64,000 nucleotides of DNA from Candidatus Lloydbacteria bacterium RIFCSPHIGHO2_02_FULL_50_18 (GTDB taxonomy: Bacteria > Patescibacteriota > Minisyncoccia > Phycocordibacterales > UBA6899), in the NCBI GenBank assembly GCA_001821395.1, contig MHLM01000012.1, forward strand, positions 32,001 to 96,000, read 5' to 3'. The position numbers and the translations under genes were made by a program. Position 1 is the first letter of the stretch, and each line of letters begins with the position of its first letter. The notes under the pieces were generated by a model, which was not told where the DNA came from, ran no database searches, and saw only the letters and a program-made list of their open reading frames with translations. Shown here piece after piece: positions 28,945 to 39,659 of the stretch.

Positions 28945-29478
28945 ATGATCTTTTTACGAAACAATTCGGACAGGACACAGAGCAGGGGCTTCACTCTTGT
29001 TGAAATGGTCCTTTATATTGGACTGTTCGTATTGCTTTCAACGATGTCGATGACTGCGCTCTTTCAGACGGTTAGGGCTTTCAACGAACTACGGGTATCC
29101 CGCGATATCGATGATTCTGCAGTAAAGATCATGGAGCGACTGACGCGCGATATTAAGAGCTCGACATCTGTCGATCTTGCAAACAGCACCTTTGGGTCAT
29201 CTCCGGGAAGGTTGACGCTATTAACGGTCAATGCCTCAGGAACACCCCTCACCGTCGAATACTATGTCTCAGGTTCCATATTGAGCATAAGAGAGAACGG
29301 CGTCGACAGAGGAGCGCTTATGTCTGCTCGTACGAACATCGATGCATTGGTATTTTATTACATCAGCTCGGGCCCAACATTTGGAATAAAAACAGAATTG
29401 CACATTTCATCGACGCGCGGAAAGGCCGGCGAGGTGGATGATTTCTACGATACCAGTGTCCTACGGGGATCGTATTAA
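28945..29478 (+). CDS. Pilin-like protein (minor pilin)
   Basis: RG|FTLVEMVLYIGLFVLL prepilin N-terminus. Confidence 0.65.
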   Translation: MIFLRNNSDRTQSRGFTLVEMVLYIGLFVLLSTMSMTALFQTVRAFNELRVSRDIDDSAVKIMERLTRDIKSSTSVDLANSTFGSSPGRLTLLTVNASGTPLTVEYYVSGSILSIRENGVDRGALMSARTNIDALVFYYISSGPTFGIKTELHISSTRGKAGEVDDFYDTSVLRGSY

Positions 29479-29483
29479 CGCTT

Positions 29484-31340
29484 ATGAAGATATTTTTTAT
29501 GCAAATTCGCTCACGATCCGCACATATGTTTTCTCATGCAAGTCAGACGAGGGGTGCCGCGCTCATTATCTTGGTCTTCTTTTTTATCTCGATATCTCTC
29601 GCGATCATTCAAACCGCTACCATCGGTGCTCTTGTCGAACTTCGGACCTATCGCACGATTGCGAGCTCTAAGGCCGCGTACGCCGCCGCCGAGGCGGGCG
29701 TTGAAGATATTTTTTACCGCACGATAAATAGTAAGCCCGTCCCAGTAAGCGAGTCACTCACATTGGACGGGGCAACGGCCAGCGTGGGAGTGGCGCCTAT
29801 TTCGGCGTCCCAGAGTGATGTGTATGTCGTCGGCACGGCTGGTAACGGCGAAGTACGCAAGCTGTATCTGTCGATATCGAAGAACAGAACGGCTTCGTTT
29901 TCCTACGGCGCACAGGTCGGAGAGGGCGGGATTATCATGGATAACAACGTGGATATCGATGGTATGGGTCTTGCAAATGGTGATATTTACTCGAACGGTC
30001 AGGTTGTCGGCGGTACGAATGTCCACGTGATGGGTAACGTTATTTCATCATCCAGTTTGTTCGCTGACCAGATCGCAAGTTCCACGTTGTGTGAGAGTGA
30101 TGAGGCTGTCGGCAAAACAAATCCGCGCATTGATTATGCGCAAAGCTTTATGCTCTCTACTACGACGGCGAGCATTGACCTTGCCAGTGTCTCGCTCTAC
30201 ATCAAGCGGAATAATGGTCCGACCGGCGCGAATATTCGCATTACCGCAGATGATAGCGGTAAGCCGTCAACGGTCGCTCTCGCTACTCAACCGCTTCCAT
30301 ATTCAAGTGTCGCCACTACTTACGGATGGGTGACGGTCAGCTTTGCGACACCCGCCACGCTTGACCCCGGGACATTGTACTGGATCGTTCTTGACGCGAC
30401 GCAGAATGCGTCAAAGTATTGGTATTGGTGCAGGAGTAACGCCGACAATTATGCAACCGGTACCCCGGCCTACAAGCTCGACAGTTCTACGTCCGGTGCG
30501 TGGACGGCGGTATCGGGTGATATGGCGTTTGGAACGACATTTGGCGGCGGTATCAGTAAGATCGATGATGTTGACGTCCTTGGTATCGCTAAGGCCGATA
30601 CGATAACAGATTCGCATATTCACAGTGATGCTTACTACAAGACCATCTCCGATTCGACCGTCGACGGGGCGTCCTATGCCGGAACACCGACTCCTCCATA
30701 TGTCCCACTTCCGATCTCGAGTTCGACGATCACACAGTGGGAGGGCGATGCCGCTAGTGGTGGTATCATAAGCGGTGATTGTGGCGTTGGCGGCATCGCG
30801 GCATGCAACACGTTTCCCCTCTCTCTCGGGCCGAAGCGGATCAACGGCAACCTCGTCGTTGATAATGGAGCAGTGCTGACCGTCACTGGGACGATCTATG
30901 TTACCGGGAATGTCGTCATTGATAATGGCGGATCGATCCGTTGCGCATTCGGCTTCATGGGTAATAGCTGTATCATCATCGCAGATGGCCATATCAGTGT
31001 ATCCAACAATGCGACCTTCGGCGGATCCGGAGTGTCCGGAAGTTTTATCATGTTACTGTCAACAAAGGAGGGCTGTCTGGGGACAAGCGGCACCGGCTGC
31101 GCTACAAATTTTAGCGCAATAGGAATAAAGAATAATGTTACCGGTGCGCTCTTCTATACCAGTAGATCGCTTATCGATATTTCGAATCAGGCTACCGTGA
31201 CTGCGGTTGTCGGGTATATGCTTATGCTGCAAAACGGATCCGGAATCATGTATGATCCGCTGGTTGCGAACATCTCATTTGCGCCGGCCACGAGTGGAGT
31301 AACCGGCGCCTGGAATGCAGTTCGCTGGAATGAATATTGA
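29484..31340 (+). CDS. Large pilus-associated protein with a PilX-like N-terminus (618 aa), Gly/Thr/Ser-rich and predicted beta-rich
   Basis: N-terminal hydrophobic helix AALIILVFFFISISLAIIQTAT followed by long low-complexity G/T/S/N-rich repeats. Confidence 0.5.
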   Translation: MKIFFMQIRSRSAHMFSHASQTRGAALIILVFFFISISLAIIQTATIGALVELRTYRTIASSKAAYAAAEAGVEDIFYRTINSKPVPVSESLTLDGATASVGVAPISASQSDVYVVGTAGNGEVRKLYLSISKNRTASFSYGAQVGEGGIIMDNNVDIDGMGLANGDIYSNGQVVGGTNVHVMGNVISSSSLFADQIASSTLCESDEAVGKTNPRIDYAQSFMLSTTTASIDLASVSLYIKRNNGPTGANIRITADDSGKPSTVALATQPLPYSSVATTYGWVTVSFATPATLDPGTLYWIVLDATQNASKYWYWCRSNADNYATGTPAYKLDSSTSGAWTAVSGDMAFGTTFGGGISKIDDVDVLGIAKADTITDSHIHSDAYYKTISDSTVDGASYAGTPTPPYVPLPISSSTITQWEGDAASGGIISGDCGVGGIAACNTFPLSLGPKRINGNLVVDNGAVLTVTGTIYVTGNVVIDNGGSIRCAFGFMGNSCIIIADGHISVSNNATFGGSGVSGSFIMLLSTKEGCLGTSGTGCATNFSAIGIKNNVTGALFYTSRSLIDISNQATVTAVVGYMLMLQNGSGIMYDPLVANISFAPATSGVTGAWNAVRWNEY

Positions 31341-31442
31341 TGGAGCTCGTAAGTGTTTTAGCGCGGAGTATCCCGGAGGCGTCTTTATTTGGTGTTTACG
31401 TTCATCGCCCGTTATACTGCAGATGAACATTCATATTGCATC

Positions 31443-33254
31443 ATGAAGTCATTTTTATCTTTTAACCAGCGACAAGACCAGGGGCTATCACTTATTGAGA
31501 CAGTGATTGGCGCTGCGCTTTTTGCTTTTATTTCGATGATGCTCGCTACTACCTATCAACGGGTCTTTGTCGTTGCGCGGGCGGCGCAGGAACGAGTGGA
31601 TGCGATCGCGCTTGCGAACGCGCAATTTGAAATTGTGCGTAATCTTTCTTATGCAAATGTCGGTACGGTGGGTGGAATTCCCAATGGGGTACTTCCGCAG
31701 GTGAGGACACTCATGAGCGGTGGAAAAACCTTCGTAGCTACGACGACGGTGCGAAATATTGACCTGCCGTTTGATGGTACTGCGGGGGGTGTTCCGGACG
31801 ACCTCTCTCCCGCAGACAATAAGCTCGTGGAAATGGAAGTGACCTGTACAAGTTGCAAAAATTTTCGACCGCTCATCTTCACCACCTCCGTCGGTCCGAG
31901 AGACCTGGAGAATGTATCAACGAATGGCTCCCTCTTTGTGAGGGTGCTTGATGCGAGCGGTGCTCCTGTCCCGGGTGCTACTGTTAAAGTAGTGAACAAT
32001 AGTTTCGTTCCCGCGATCAGTATCATCGATGTGACCAACGCATCGGGAATGCTGCAGATCATTGATGCTCCCCCCGATGTAAAATCATATGAGATCACCG
32101 TGAGTAAGTCCGGATATTCTTCAGAGCAAACGTATGGACCACCCGTGATCAATCCTGTGAAACCTCACGCAACGGTCATTGCACAGACGGTAACACAGCT
32201 TACTTTTGCGATCGATCGTATCGCGACGCTCAACATCTCAAGCGTATCTCCATCCTGTGTTCCTATTACTAATGCACAATTTGAGCTTACCGGATCAAAG
32301 CAGGTATCCTCGCCACCCGGCAAGCCAAAGCACGATAAATTTTTTAGTACTGATGCCTCCGGGCTTAACGTGCTCAATGATATTGAGTGGGATTCGTATG
32401 TTCTGACCGCTACTTCTGCTGCGTATGAGATGGCCGGAGTAACTCCACTTTTTCCATTTGCTGTCGTTGCAGGCTCAGTTCAAGACATACAACTCGTTAT
32501 GGTTCCGAAGGATACTCCCTCTGTCGTGGTGACAGTGATAGATTCGGGGACGGGACTTCCTATCACGGGAGCCACTGTCACAATAGACGATGGCGTTCAT
32601 CCCGCCATGGTGGAGACGACCGGACGAGGGTACATACGCCAGACTGATTGGTCCGGAGGAGGAGCACAAGAGGCAGATGTCGATCAGACGCAATATTGGG
32701 CACATGATGGGAACGTCGACCCGCTCACTACCCCCGGGGAGGTACGGCTTAAGGATATCCTTGGTTCGTATCCTTTGAATGGTTATCTTGAGTCATCGAC
32801 ATTTGATACGGGAGCGCCGGCGAATTTTTTCCAATTTACTTTTCAGCCGACCGTACAACCGACAGACCCGATAGTAGGGGATTCAAAGGCGGAGTTTCAG
32901 ATCGCCACCGGGAATGCTACTTCATCCTGGACATATCTTGGACCGGATGGAACTCCAGATACTTTTTATACATCAACGACAACGGACATTGCGGCTGCAA
33001 ATGATGGAAAGCGGTATTTGCGCTACAAGATGTTTCTTGGTACTGCTTCGACAACACTCACTCCGAGTATTTCAGATATTCAGTTCACCTTCACTTCGTC
33101 TTGTGTCCCTCCAGGGCAGGTCATCTTTCATGGACTGGCGAATGGAGTTGCTGCGCTCTCTGTTGCTGCCTTGGGATATACCGCAGATTCAAGCACTGTG
33201 GTCGTTGATTCGGCTACTCCATGGCAAGAAGTAGTAGTAACTCTTTCCCCTTAA
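31443..33254 (+). CDS. Large pilin-like protein (about 603 aa) with carboxypeptidase-regulatory-like repeats
   Basis: QGLSLIETVIGAALFAFISMML prepilin-like N-terminus; repeated VxVxDxxGxPxxGATV segments. Confidence 0.5.
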   Translation: MKSFLSFNQRQDQGLSLIETVIGAALFAFISMMLATTYQRVFVVARAAQERVDAIALANAQFEIVRNLSYANVGTVGGIPNGVLPQVRTLMSGGKTFVATTTVRNIDLPFDGTAGGVPDDLSPADNKLVEMEVTCTSCKNFRPLIFTTSVGPRDLENVSTNGSLFVRVLDASGAPVPGATVKVVNNSFVPAISIIDVTNASGMLQIIDAPPDVKSYEITVSKSGYSSEQTYGPPVINPVKPHATVIAQTVTQLTFAIDRIATLNISSVSPSCVPITNAQFELTGSKQVSSPPGKPKHDKFFSTDASGLNVLNDIEWDSYVLTATSAAYEMAGVTPLFPFAVVAGSVQDIQLVMVPKDTPSVVVTVIDSGTGLPITGATVTIDDGVHPAMVETTGRGYIRQTDWSGGGAQEADVDQTQYWAHDGNVDPLTTPGEVRLKDILGSYPLNGYLESSTFDTGAPANFFQFTFQPTVQPTDPIVGDSKAEFQIATGNATSSWTYLGPDGTPDTFYTSTTTDIAAANDGKRYLRYKMFLGTASTTLTPSISDIQFTFTSSCVPPGQVIFHGLANGVAALSVAALGYTADSSTVVVDSATPWQEVVVTLSP

Positions 33255-33316
33255 GAACCTCGCTTTTGGGGTATAATGATGCCATATATGATGTCCGCTT
33301 TCCGGTCGCATATTCC

Positions 33317-33979
33317 ATGCTCATGAAATTTACAATACTCAGAACATCTATTACGTCTTATGGGTTTACGCTCATTGAGGCAATCGTTGCAATAGGGATC
33401 ATGACCTTGATCGGTGGAGGTATTGTCGCCTTTCAAAAAAGTGTCATAGTAAATTCAAAAGTGCTTCAAGGTACACTAGTCTCTCAGCAACAGGTCCGGA
33501 AAACCTTCTCAACCTTTTCTGCCGAGCTTCGTTCAGCGAGTCCCTCGGTAAATGGCTCTTACGCGATCGAATCAGTGAGCACTTCGTCGATCGTTTTCTA
33601 TTCAAATATTGATAATGATGCAACGGTCGAACGTGTGCGTTATTTTTACGCTACATCAACAATAGGGAGCACTGTGCTCAATGTGTTGAAAAAGGGTGTC
33701 ACAAGACCGATCGGCGCTGTCTACACCACTGCGCCTGAGACGATCACCACAATTGTTTATGACGTAAAAAATTCTTCCACTACTCCAATTTTTACCTATT
33801 TTGATTCTGCGTATAGCGGGGTCGCCTCCTCGACTGCTCCACTCGCACAACCTGTTCCGATCGCTGAGGTTCGTCTCGTTAAAATGTCACTCGCTATCGA
33901 CCCGAATGCGTCACGGTCGCCCATTTATCAGACCTATGAGACGCAGGTATCCATCCGCAACCTTAAGGACAATCTATGA
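33317..33979 (+). CDS. Pilin-like protein (minor pilin)
   Basis: YGFTLIEAIVAIGIMTLIGGG prepilin N-terminus. Confidence 0.6.
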   Translation: MLMKFTILRTSITSYGFTLIEAIVAIGIMTLIGGGIVAFQKSVIVNSKVLQGTLVSQQQVRKTFSTFSAELRSASPSVNGSYAIESVSTSSIVFYSNIDNDATVERVRYFYATSTIGSTVLNVLKKGVTRPIGAVYTTAPETITTIVYDVKNSSTTPIFTYFDSAYSGVASSTAPLAQPVPIAEVRLVKMSLAIDPNASRSPIYQTYETQVSIRNLKDNL

Positions 33980-35448
33980 AAAAAAACTTTGCGCGCATCT
34001 CTTTTTCTCGCGGTGGCATATTGATCCAGGTCATTGCATTTATGTCCATCGGCATGGTCATCCTTTCGGGGTTCGTCGGTTGGGGAATCATGTCCTCTCG
34101 TGTTGCACGGCACACTGAGGCGCGTGAGCAGGTCTTTGAGATTGCCGAGTCGGGCATCGATTATTACCGTTGGCACTTGGCGCACGCTGATACTGATTAT
34201 CAAGATGGCACTGGGGTGGCAGGTCCTTATGTTCATGATTTTAATGATAAGAATGGAGTCAAGATCGGGACATTCACACTCGATATCACTGCACCCCCAA
34301 CAGGTTCAACGCTGGTCGTCGTGAAGTCAACCGGGGCATTGCTTTCTGATCCGACAATGACACGGACAATCCAAGCTAAATTTGCTAAACCATCCTTCGC
34401 GAAGTATGCACTCGTGACCGATTCCGATGTGTGGGAGGACGCTGTGGAGATATTTGGCCCCTACCATTCAAATGGCGGAGTGCACTTTAGTAACGTCGTC
34501 GCGCACAATGTCGTGACCAGTGCACAAAGAAATTACATTGATCCGGATTTTGGGGGAAATCGTTGGGGTGTTTACACGAGTAAATCTATTGTCGGATATC
34601 CCACCGGAGATCCAAATTATCCGAGCGCATACCCTGTTCGCAATGATGTCTTTGTTGCCGGCCGTACTATTAGCGTGCCGGCGGTTGATTTTGCCGGCAT
34701 GATGTCGGATCTGTCGACGATCAGAACGAATGCACAGACGAGTGGCCGTTATTATGCGCCATCGGGTGCTTTCGGGTATCATATCAAGCTCAAGAATACT
34801 GATAAGTTCGATATCTGGACAGTTACAGCAAAAACTCCTTCACCGAATGGCAGCTGTAAGAGTAACTATTTATCGCAAGACACGCATGGCGGCATGTGGA
34901 GTATTTCGGCTGAGACCGTCCTCGCGTCAAATGTGGATGTACCAACAAATGGACTCATCTTTACTGAAGACGATGTGTGGGTCGAAGGACTGATCGATAC
35001 TGCGCGTGTAACGGTCGCAGCAGCGCGATTTCCCGATAATGCGGCAAATCGAGCAAGCATTATTGTGAATAATGATCTGCTCTATACGAGTACGACAACG
35101 GGAACGGACGTTATTGGGCTTATCGCACAGGGCTATCTGCGTGTTGGCTATGCAAGCGCGGATGACCTTGAGATCGATGCGGCCCTTATCGCACAATCGG
35201 GCGCAATTTGGAGAGATTTTTACTATCAACCTAATTGTGGGGCCTCATCGAAGCGTACGAAGATCACGACGTTTGGTTCATTGATCAGCAATCAGCGATA
35301 CACTTTTTCTTGGTCCTGCGGTGCCAGTTGTACTTCCGGGTATGCGACACAGGTTTCCAATTACGATGTGAATTTGCTTTACGCTCCTCCTCCATCGTTT
35401 CCGCTCACTACCGACAAATATCAGGTGCTCTCCTGGGATGAGATTTAA
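33976..35448 (+). CDS. Large pilus assembly / minor pilin-like protein (PilX-like N-terminus, 490 aa)
   Basis: N-terminal TM helix, then beta-rich sequence; start codon overlaps the preceding stop. Confidence 0.5.
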   Translation: MKKNFARISFSRGGILIQVIAFMSIGMVILSGFVGWGIMSSRVARHTEAREQVFEIAESGIDYYRWHLAHADTDYQDGTGVAGPYVHDFNDKNGVKIGTFTLDITAPPTGSTLVVVKSTGALLSDPTMTRTIQAKFAKPSFAKYALVTDSDVWEDAVEIFGPYHSNGGVHFSNVVAHNVVTSAQRNYIDPDFGGNRWGVYTSKSIVGYPTGDPNYPSAYPVRNDVFVAGRTISVPAVDFAGMMSDLSTIRTNAQTSGRYYAPSGAFGYHIKLKNTDKFDIWTVTAKTPSPNGSCKSNYLSQDTHGGMWSISAETVLASNVDVPTNGLIFTEDDVWVEGLIDTARVTVAAARFPDNAANRASIIVNNDLLYTSTTTGTDVIGLIAQGYLRVGYASADDLEIDAALIAQSGAIWRDFYYQPNCGASSKRTKITTFGSLISNQRYTFSWSCGASCTSGYATQVSNYDVNLLYAPPPSFPLTTDKYQVLSWDEI

Positions 35449-35533
35449 AAATAGATGATGCGCAATATTTGATGGAAGGAGTATCTCTTACTCTCTGGTT
35501 ATCCGGGCTCATTATCGGTTATAATGTTTAACA

Positions 35534-36292
35534 ATGAAATTCATCATTGGAAATTGGAAGATGTTTCCCGCTTCACCCTCCGAGGCAAAGACGATATTTA
35601 GTGGGATCAAGAAGAGCATGAGGGGTGTGACGCATGCGAAAGTGATCATCTGCCCGCCTTCACTGTATGTGGCGCAACTCGCCCTACTTGCCGCAAAAAC
35701 AAAGATCCAGATTGGCGGACAAAATTGCTTTAAGGAAGATGAGGGTGCCTATACTGGCGAGACGTCGCCAAGGGCATTGCGCGCGGTTGGTGCGACGCAT
35801 GTCATTCTTGGTCATTCGGAGCGGAGAGCAATGGGTGAGACGGACTCGGACATTTCGGAAAAGATGTCCGCAGTGATCCGAAATAAACTGACCGTTATCC
35901 TTTGCGTTGGAGAAAAGGCGCGTGATGAACACGGCGGATATTTCAACGAGGTGAGCACAGAGCTGCGCTCTTCTTTGCTCGCGTTTCCCAAGAATGAAGC
36001 GAAACGACTGATCGTAGCGTATGAGCCGATATGGGCGATCGGATCAAGGGCGAAGCGCGTTGCGACCCCCGCGGACTTTCGAGAGATGAGTATCTTGATT
36101 CGCAGAACCCTGACCGAATATTTTGGGAAAAAAGATGCCTTTGCCGTCCCGATACTCTACGGCGGTTCGGTCGATGATCATAATGCTGAGGGTTTTTTGA
36201 AAGAGGGCGGAGCAGACGGGCTGCTTATCGGACGAGTCAGTCTTGACCCCGAGAAGCTTGGCATGATCATCCGCAGTGCGAATACTATTTAA
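35534..36292 (+). CDS. tpiA: Triosephosphate isomerase
   Basis: GNWKM, ILGHSERR and YEPIWAIG motifs. Confidence 0.9.
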   Translation: MKFIIGNWKMFPASPSEAKTIFSGIKKSMRGVTHAKVIICPPSLYVAQLALLAAKTKIQIGGQNCFKEDEGAYTGETSPRALRAVGATHVILGHSERRAMGETDSDISEKMSAVIRNKLTVILCVGEKARDEHGGYFNEVSTELRSSLLAFPKNEAKRLIVAYEPIWAIGSRAKRVATPADFREMSILIRRTLTEYFGKKDAFAVPILYGGSVDDHNAEGFLKEGGADGLLIGRVSLDPEKLGMIIRSANTI

Positions 36293-36301
36293 TTTACCAC
36301 T

Positions 36302-37435
36302 ATGATCATTCTTCCTCATGTGACCGATGCATCCGACCTTTCAGGAAAACGCGTTCTCCTGCGTCTCGATCTCAATGTCCCGATCGAAGGCGGCGAGATC
36401 CGCGATCCGTATCGCATTGAAAAATCACTGCAGACGCTGAATTATTTGCGGGCACAGAACGCACGCATCGTGATCATCAGTCACATCGGAAAAGGCGACC
36501 CGGAAGACACGCTCGCTCCGGTCGCCAGATATCTGAATACAAAGTTCCCCACCACGTTTCTTTCCCGGCTTGAAAGTTCTGAAAATGAACGGCTGACCAA
36601 GGAAATGGAGGACGGTGACGTTGTCATCGTTGAGAATCTTCGGCACAGCAAGGGAGAAGAAAAAAATGACTCGCAGTTTGCGGCATATTTAGCGACCCTT
36701 GGAGACGTGTACGTGAATGATGCCTTTTCTGTGTCCCATCGTGCCCACGCTTCAGTGGTGGGGGTTCCCGCTTTGCTTCCGCATTATGCGGGGATACAAA
36801 TACGTGAAGAGGTCGAAAGAATCGCAGTCGCTTTTAAACCCGCGCGTCCATTCTTGTTCATTGTTGGTGGCGCAAAGATCTCGACAAAGATGCCTCTCCT
36901 CAAAAAATTCATTGGTATTGCTGACCATATTTTTGTCGGTGGTGCTAATGTGAACAACCTGCTCAAGTCAAAGGGGTATGAGATCGGTACATCAGTATAT
37001 GACAAAGATGTGGACGGCGACCTTACGGAGCTCCTCGAAAGTAACCGCTTGATCCTGCCGATCGATGTTGTGGTAAAGAATGATGCGGGGTCCGAGGTTC
37101 GCCCCGTCAATCAGGTGAATTCGGGAGACATGATCGTCGATATCGGTCCGGAGACGATCAAGTATCTGGAGGGAGTCGTTGGGTCTGCACAGCTTATCGT
37201 TTGGAATGGGCCTCTCGGATTTTACGAGCAAGGTTTTACTGAGGCAACCAGAGAGCTCATCTCCCTCGTTTCCGGAAGTCGCGCGACTTCTCTCGTTGGC
37301 GGAGGCGATACGGTCGCCCTTATTGATGAAATGGGCGCAATTGATAATTTTTCATTCGTCTCTACCGGAGGTGGTGCAATGCTCGACTTTCTCGCGAACG
37401 AAACATTACCGGGAATCGAGGCATTGCAAAAGTAA
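36302..37435 (+). CDS. pgk: Phosphoglycerate kinase
   Basis: VLLRLDLNVP N-terminal motif and a two-domain PGK layout. Confidence 0.9.
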   Translation: MIILPHVTDASDLSGKRVLLRLDLNVPIEGGEIRDPYRIEKSLQTLNYLRAQNARIVIISHIGKGDPEDTLAPVARYLNTKFPTTFLSRLESSENERLTKEMEDGDVVIVENLRHSKGEEKNDSQFAAYLATLGDVYVNDAFSVSHRAHASVVGVPALLPHYAGIQIREEVERIAVAFKPARPFLFIVGGAKISTKMPLLKKFIGIADHIFVGGANVNNLLKSKGYEIGTSVYDKDVDGDLTELLESNRLILPIDVVVKNDAGSEVRPVNQVNSGDMIVDIGPETIKYLEGVVGSAQLIVWNGPLGFYEQGFTEATRELISLVSGSRATSLVGGGDTVALIDEMGAIDNFSFVSTGGGAMLDFLANETLPGIEALQK

Positions 37436-37556
37436 TACTTGGCCGGACTTTTGTCTGCAGTAAGGGCACCCGAAGAAGCTTCGAGTGTCTTTACATTTGT
37501 GATAAAACGCTATAGTTTTAGCGAGGATGTAAGATTGATTTTTAAAGGAGCGAATA

Positions 37557-38768
37557 ATGCATGATCATGGTCTTGGAATAAATACTCCGATCTACCCTTC
37601 CGTGACTTTTGGGGTAAGCGACCCGGGTAAACCGGCGGAGTATTTCGCAAACGGTATTCCCGAAGGCAAATATTTGTATGGACGCTTTGGGCACCCCAAC
37701 TATGCTGATTTACGCGAGCGTTTGTCACTCATAGAGGGCGGCGAAGATGCACTCCTCTTTGGGAGTGGCATTGCGGCGACGTTTACGCTCTTTTTTGCGA
37801 TGCTTGCTGTTGGTGATCATATTGTTGTATCGAGCCGTATCTACGGCGGCACACGCGGACAGCTTGCTATGCTTGCAGACAAACTTCATCTTAAGGTGAG
37901 TGTGGTCGACATACTCGACATGAATGCAGTGCGTAAGGCATGTACCAAAAACACCAAGTTGTTGTTTGTTGAAGCGCAATCGAATCCTGAGGTCGTGTTT
38001 GCTGACATTCCCAAACTCGCATCTATTTGTCACACTGAAAAAAGAAAAATTCTTTTGGTGGTGGACAACACGTTCACCATACTTGTTGTGCGCCCACTTG
38101 CACTTGGTGCCGACGTGGTGATGCATAGCCTGACGAAATATGTGAATGGGCGCTCTGATGCGATGGGCGGTGCATTGATAGGCAAAAAGGAACTGCTGCA
38201 GAGTATTGCACACCCGGGAACCGGCGAAGCGTCGCTCATTGGCGCGTTGCTCCATCCGCCGGTAGCGCAGGAAATGGCCGAGCGGCTCTATCAGATCGAA
38301 GATCGGGTACGCGAAGCCGGTGTGAGGGCGAAGTATCTTGCAGAACGCTTCCGTGCACGCGGACTTTCGGTGCATTATCCGACTTCGTGCCCCATGAAGC
38401 ATCGACATTTCGGAGATGACCGGGAGTCATGTTACGGCGGTGTATTTTCGGTCCATTTTCCTTCCGTAGAGGAAGGTGTGCGCTTCGTTGATCTTGCCTG
38501 CGCCGAGATGCTTGATGACCCGATGCTCGGAAAATATCCGCTCTCAACCCCTATGGTTTCATTGGGGAGTGCGCATACGTACGTATGGTGCGCCACCGAA
38601 GCATATGTGCAAAGCACGGTGACAAAGTGGAAATCGCTTCCATTTTCACGGGTGCCGTTCGGCTCAGTGCGCATCGCCGTCGGCTATGCGGGTGACAGGA
38701 CCCTCATGCTTAATGGTTTCGATAAGGTGCTTTATGAATTGGGTTATTTTCGATCAAAAGCTCATTAA
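37557..38768 (+). CDS. PLP-dependent transsulfuration enzyme (cystathionine gamma-synthase / beta-lyase / methionine gamma-lyase family)
   Basis: HSLTKYVNGRSD motif containing the PLP-lysine; Cys/Met metabolism PLP fold. Confidence 0.75.
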   Translation: MHDHGLGINTPIYPSVTFGVSDPGKPAEYFANGIPEGKYLYGRFGHPNYADLRERLSLIEGGEDALLFGSGIAATFTLFFAMLAVGDHIVVSSRIYGGTRGQLAMLADKLHLKVSVVDILDMNAVRKACTKNTKLLFVEAQSNPEVVFADIPKLASICHTEKRKILLVVDNTFTILVVRPLALGADVVMHSLTKYVNGRSDAMGGALIGKKELLQSIAHPGTGEASLIGALLHPPVAQEMAERLYQIEDRVREAGVRAKYLAERFRARGLSVHYPTSCPMKHRHFGDDRESCYGGVFSVHFPSVEEGVRFVDLACAEMLDDPMLGKYPLSTPMVSLGSAHTYVWCATEAYVQSTVTKWKSLPFSRVPFGSVRIAVGYAGDRTLMLNGFDKVLYELGYFRSKAH

Positions 38769-38803
38769 AAGAACATCCCCACATAATGTGGGGATTTTTT
38801 ATC
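38768..38803. terminator. Bidirectional terminator (AAAAGAACATCCCCACATAATGTGGGGATTTTTT)
   Basis: Perfect hairpin between convergent genes. Confidence 0.8.
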
Positions 38804-38812
38804 ACCGCTCGG

Positions 38813-39226
38813 TCATTTGAATTCCTGCGTGATGATATCTTTGATGGTCTCAATTTCTCCGGTCTGATACGGATTTCCATGCCAGTGTGCGTGCCCGTCA
38901 TCATTGAATCGAGGAATGATGTGCGCGTGCAGATGAAAGACCAGTTGCCCCGCGGCAGTTTCATTGTTGATCCCGATATTGATCCCGTCAGCAGCGACCG
39001 CCTGTTTTATTTTTGGAGCAAGGATACGTACAGTGTCCATGACATGTTGGAATACCGACTGAGGTACCGTGTAGATATTTTGATGATGTTCCTTTGGTAC
39101 GACAAGCGTATGCCCGCGGTTGATCGGATGGATGTCAAGAAATGCAAAAGTAAACTCATCCTCATAGATCTTTAGCGATGGAACCTCGCCGTTCACGATC
39201 TTGCAAAAAAGGCAATCGGTTTCCAT
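38813..39226 (-). CDS. HIT-family (histidine triad) nucleotide hydrolase
   Basis: HxHxHxx motif (HLHAHII) and N-terminal CxFC. Confidence 0.85.
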   Translation of the reverse strand: METDCLFCKIVNGEVPSLKIYEDEFTFAFLDIHPINRGHTLVVPKEHHQNIYTVPQSVFQHVMDTVRILAPKIKQAVAADGINIGINNETAAGQLVFHLHAHIIPRFNDDGHAHWHGNPYQTGEIETIKDIITQEFK

Positions 39227-39229
39227 ATG

Positions 39230-39568
39230 CTAAAATACTGATTTTACTCTGTTTATAGTAAGATATTTTCCGAGTACATCGTGGATATGCTTGAGTTTTG
39301 CGGAGCTGTATTTGAAGCGCTTGTTGTTTGCTGCGTCCTTTTCAATATCGGCAACTTCTGCGGGCGACACCTGGGCCCAACCGTACCGCATGTCATTCGG
39401 GGTATCGGGATCCATCGCATCGTCGAGGTCTTCCATGATCTCGTCGACCTCGAAAGAGGTTAATTTATCGGCTGAATGCCCGAAGGGAGCATTTGCTAGC
39501 TCTCCGCGAATAAAATGCAGCTCTTCTTTTGTGATCCCGTTCGGTCGTATCGGTCCAAATAGTGACAT
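39230..39568 (-). CDS. Hypothetical acidic protein (112 aa)
   Basis: Intact ORF immediately upstream of, and co-oriented with, the HIT gene. Confidence 0.45.
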   Translation of the reverse strand: MSLFGPIRPNGITKEELHFIRGELANAPFGHSADKLTSFEVDEIMEDLDDAMDPDTPNDMRYGWAQVSPAEVADIEKDAANNKRFKYSSAKLKHIHDVLGKYLTINRVKSVF

Positions 39569-39659
39569 AGTAAATGCGTAAGCGAATATACCTATAGTAT
39601 ATACGGTGTAACGTTCATCGGGTAGGTCAACTTGGGTTTTCTGCTTTCATGGTGTTACT

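Noticed and set aside
37436-37556. Possible SAM or T-box riboswitch upstream of the transsulfuration gene
   Set aside because: The 120-nt leader contains only a promoter-like TTTACA...TATAGT and lacks the conserved riboswitch helices.
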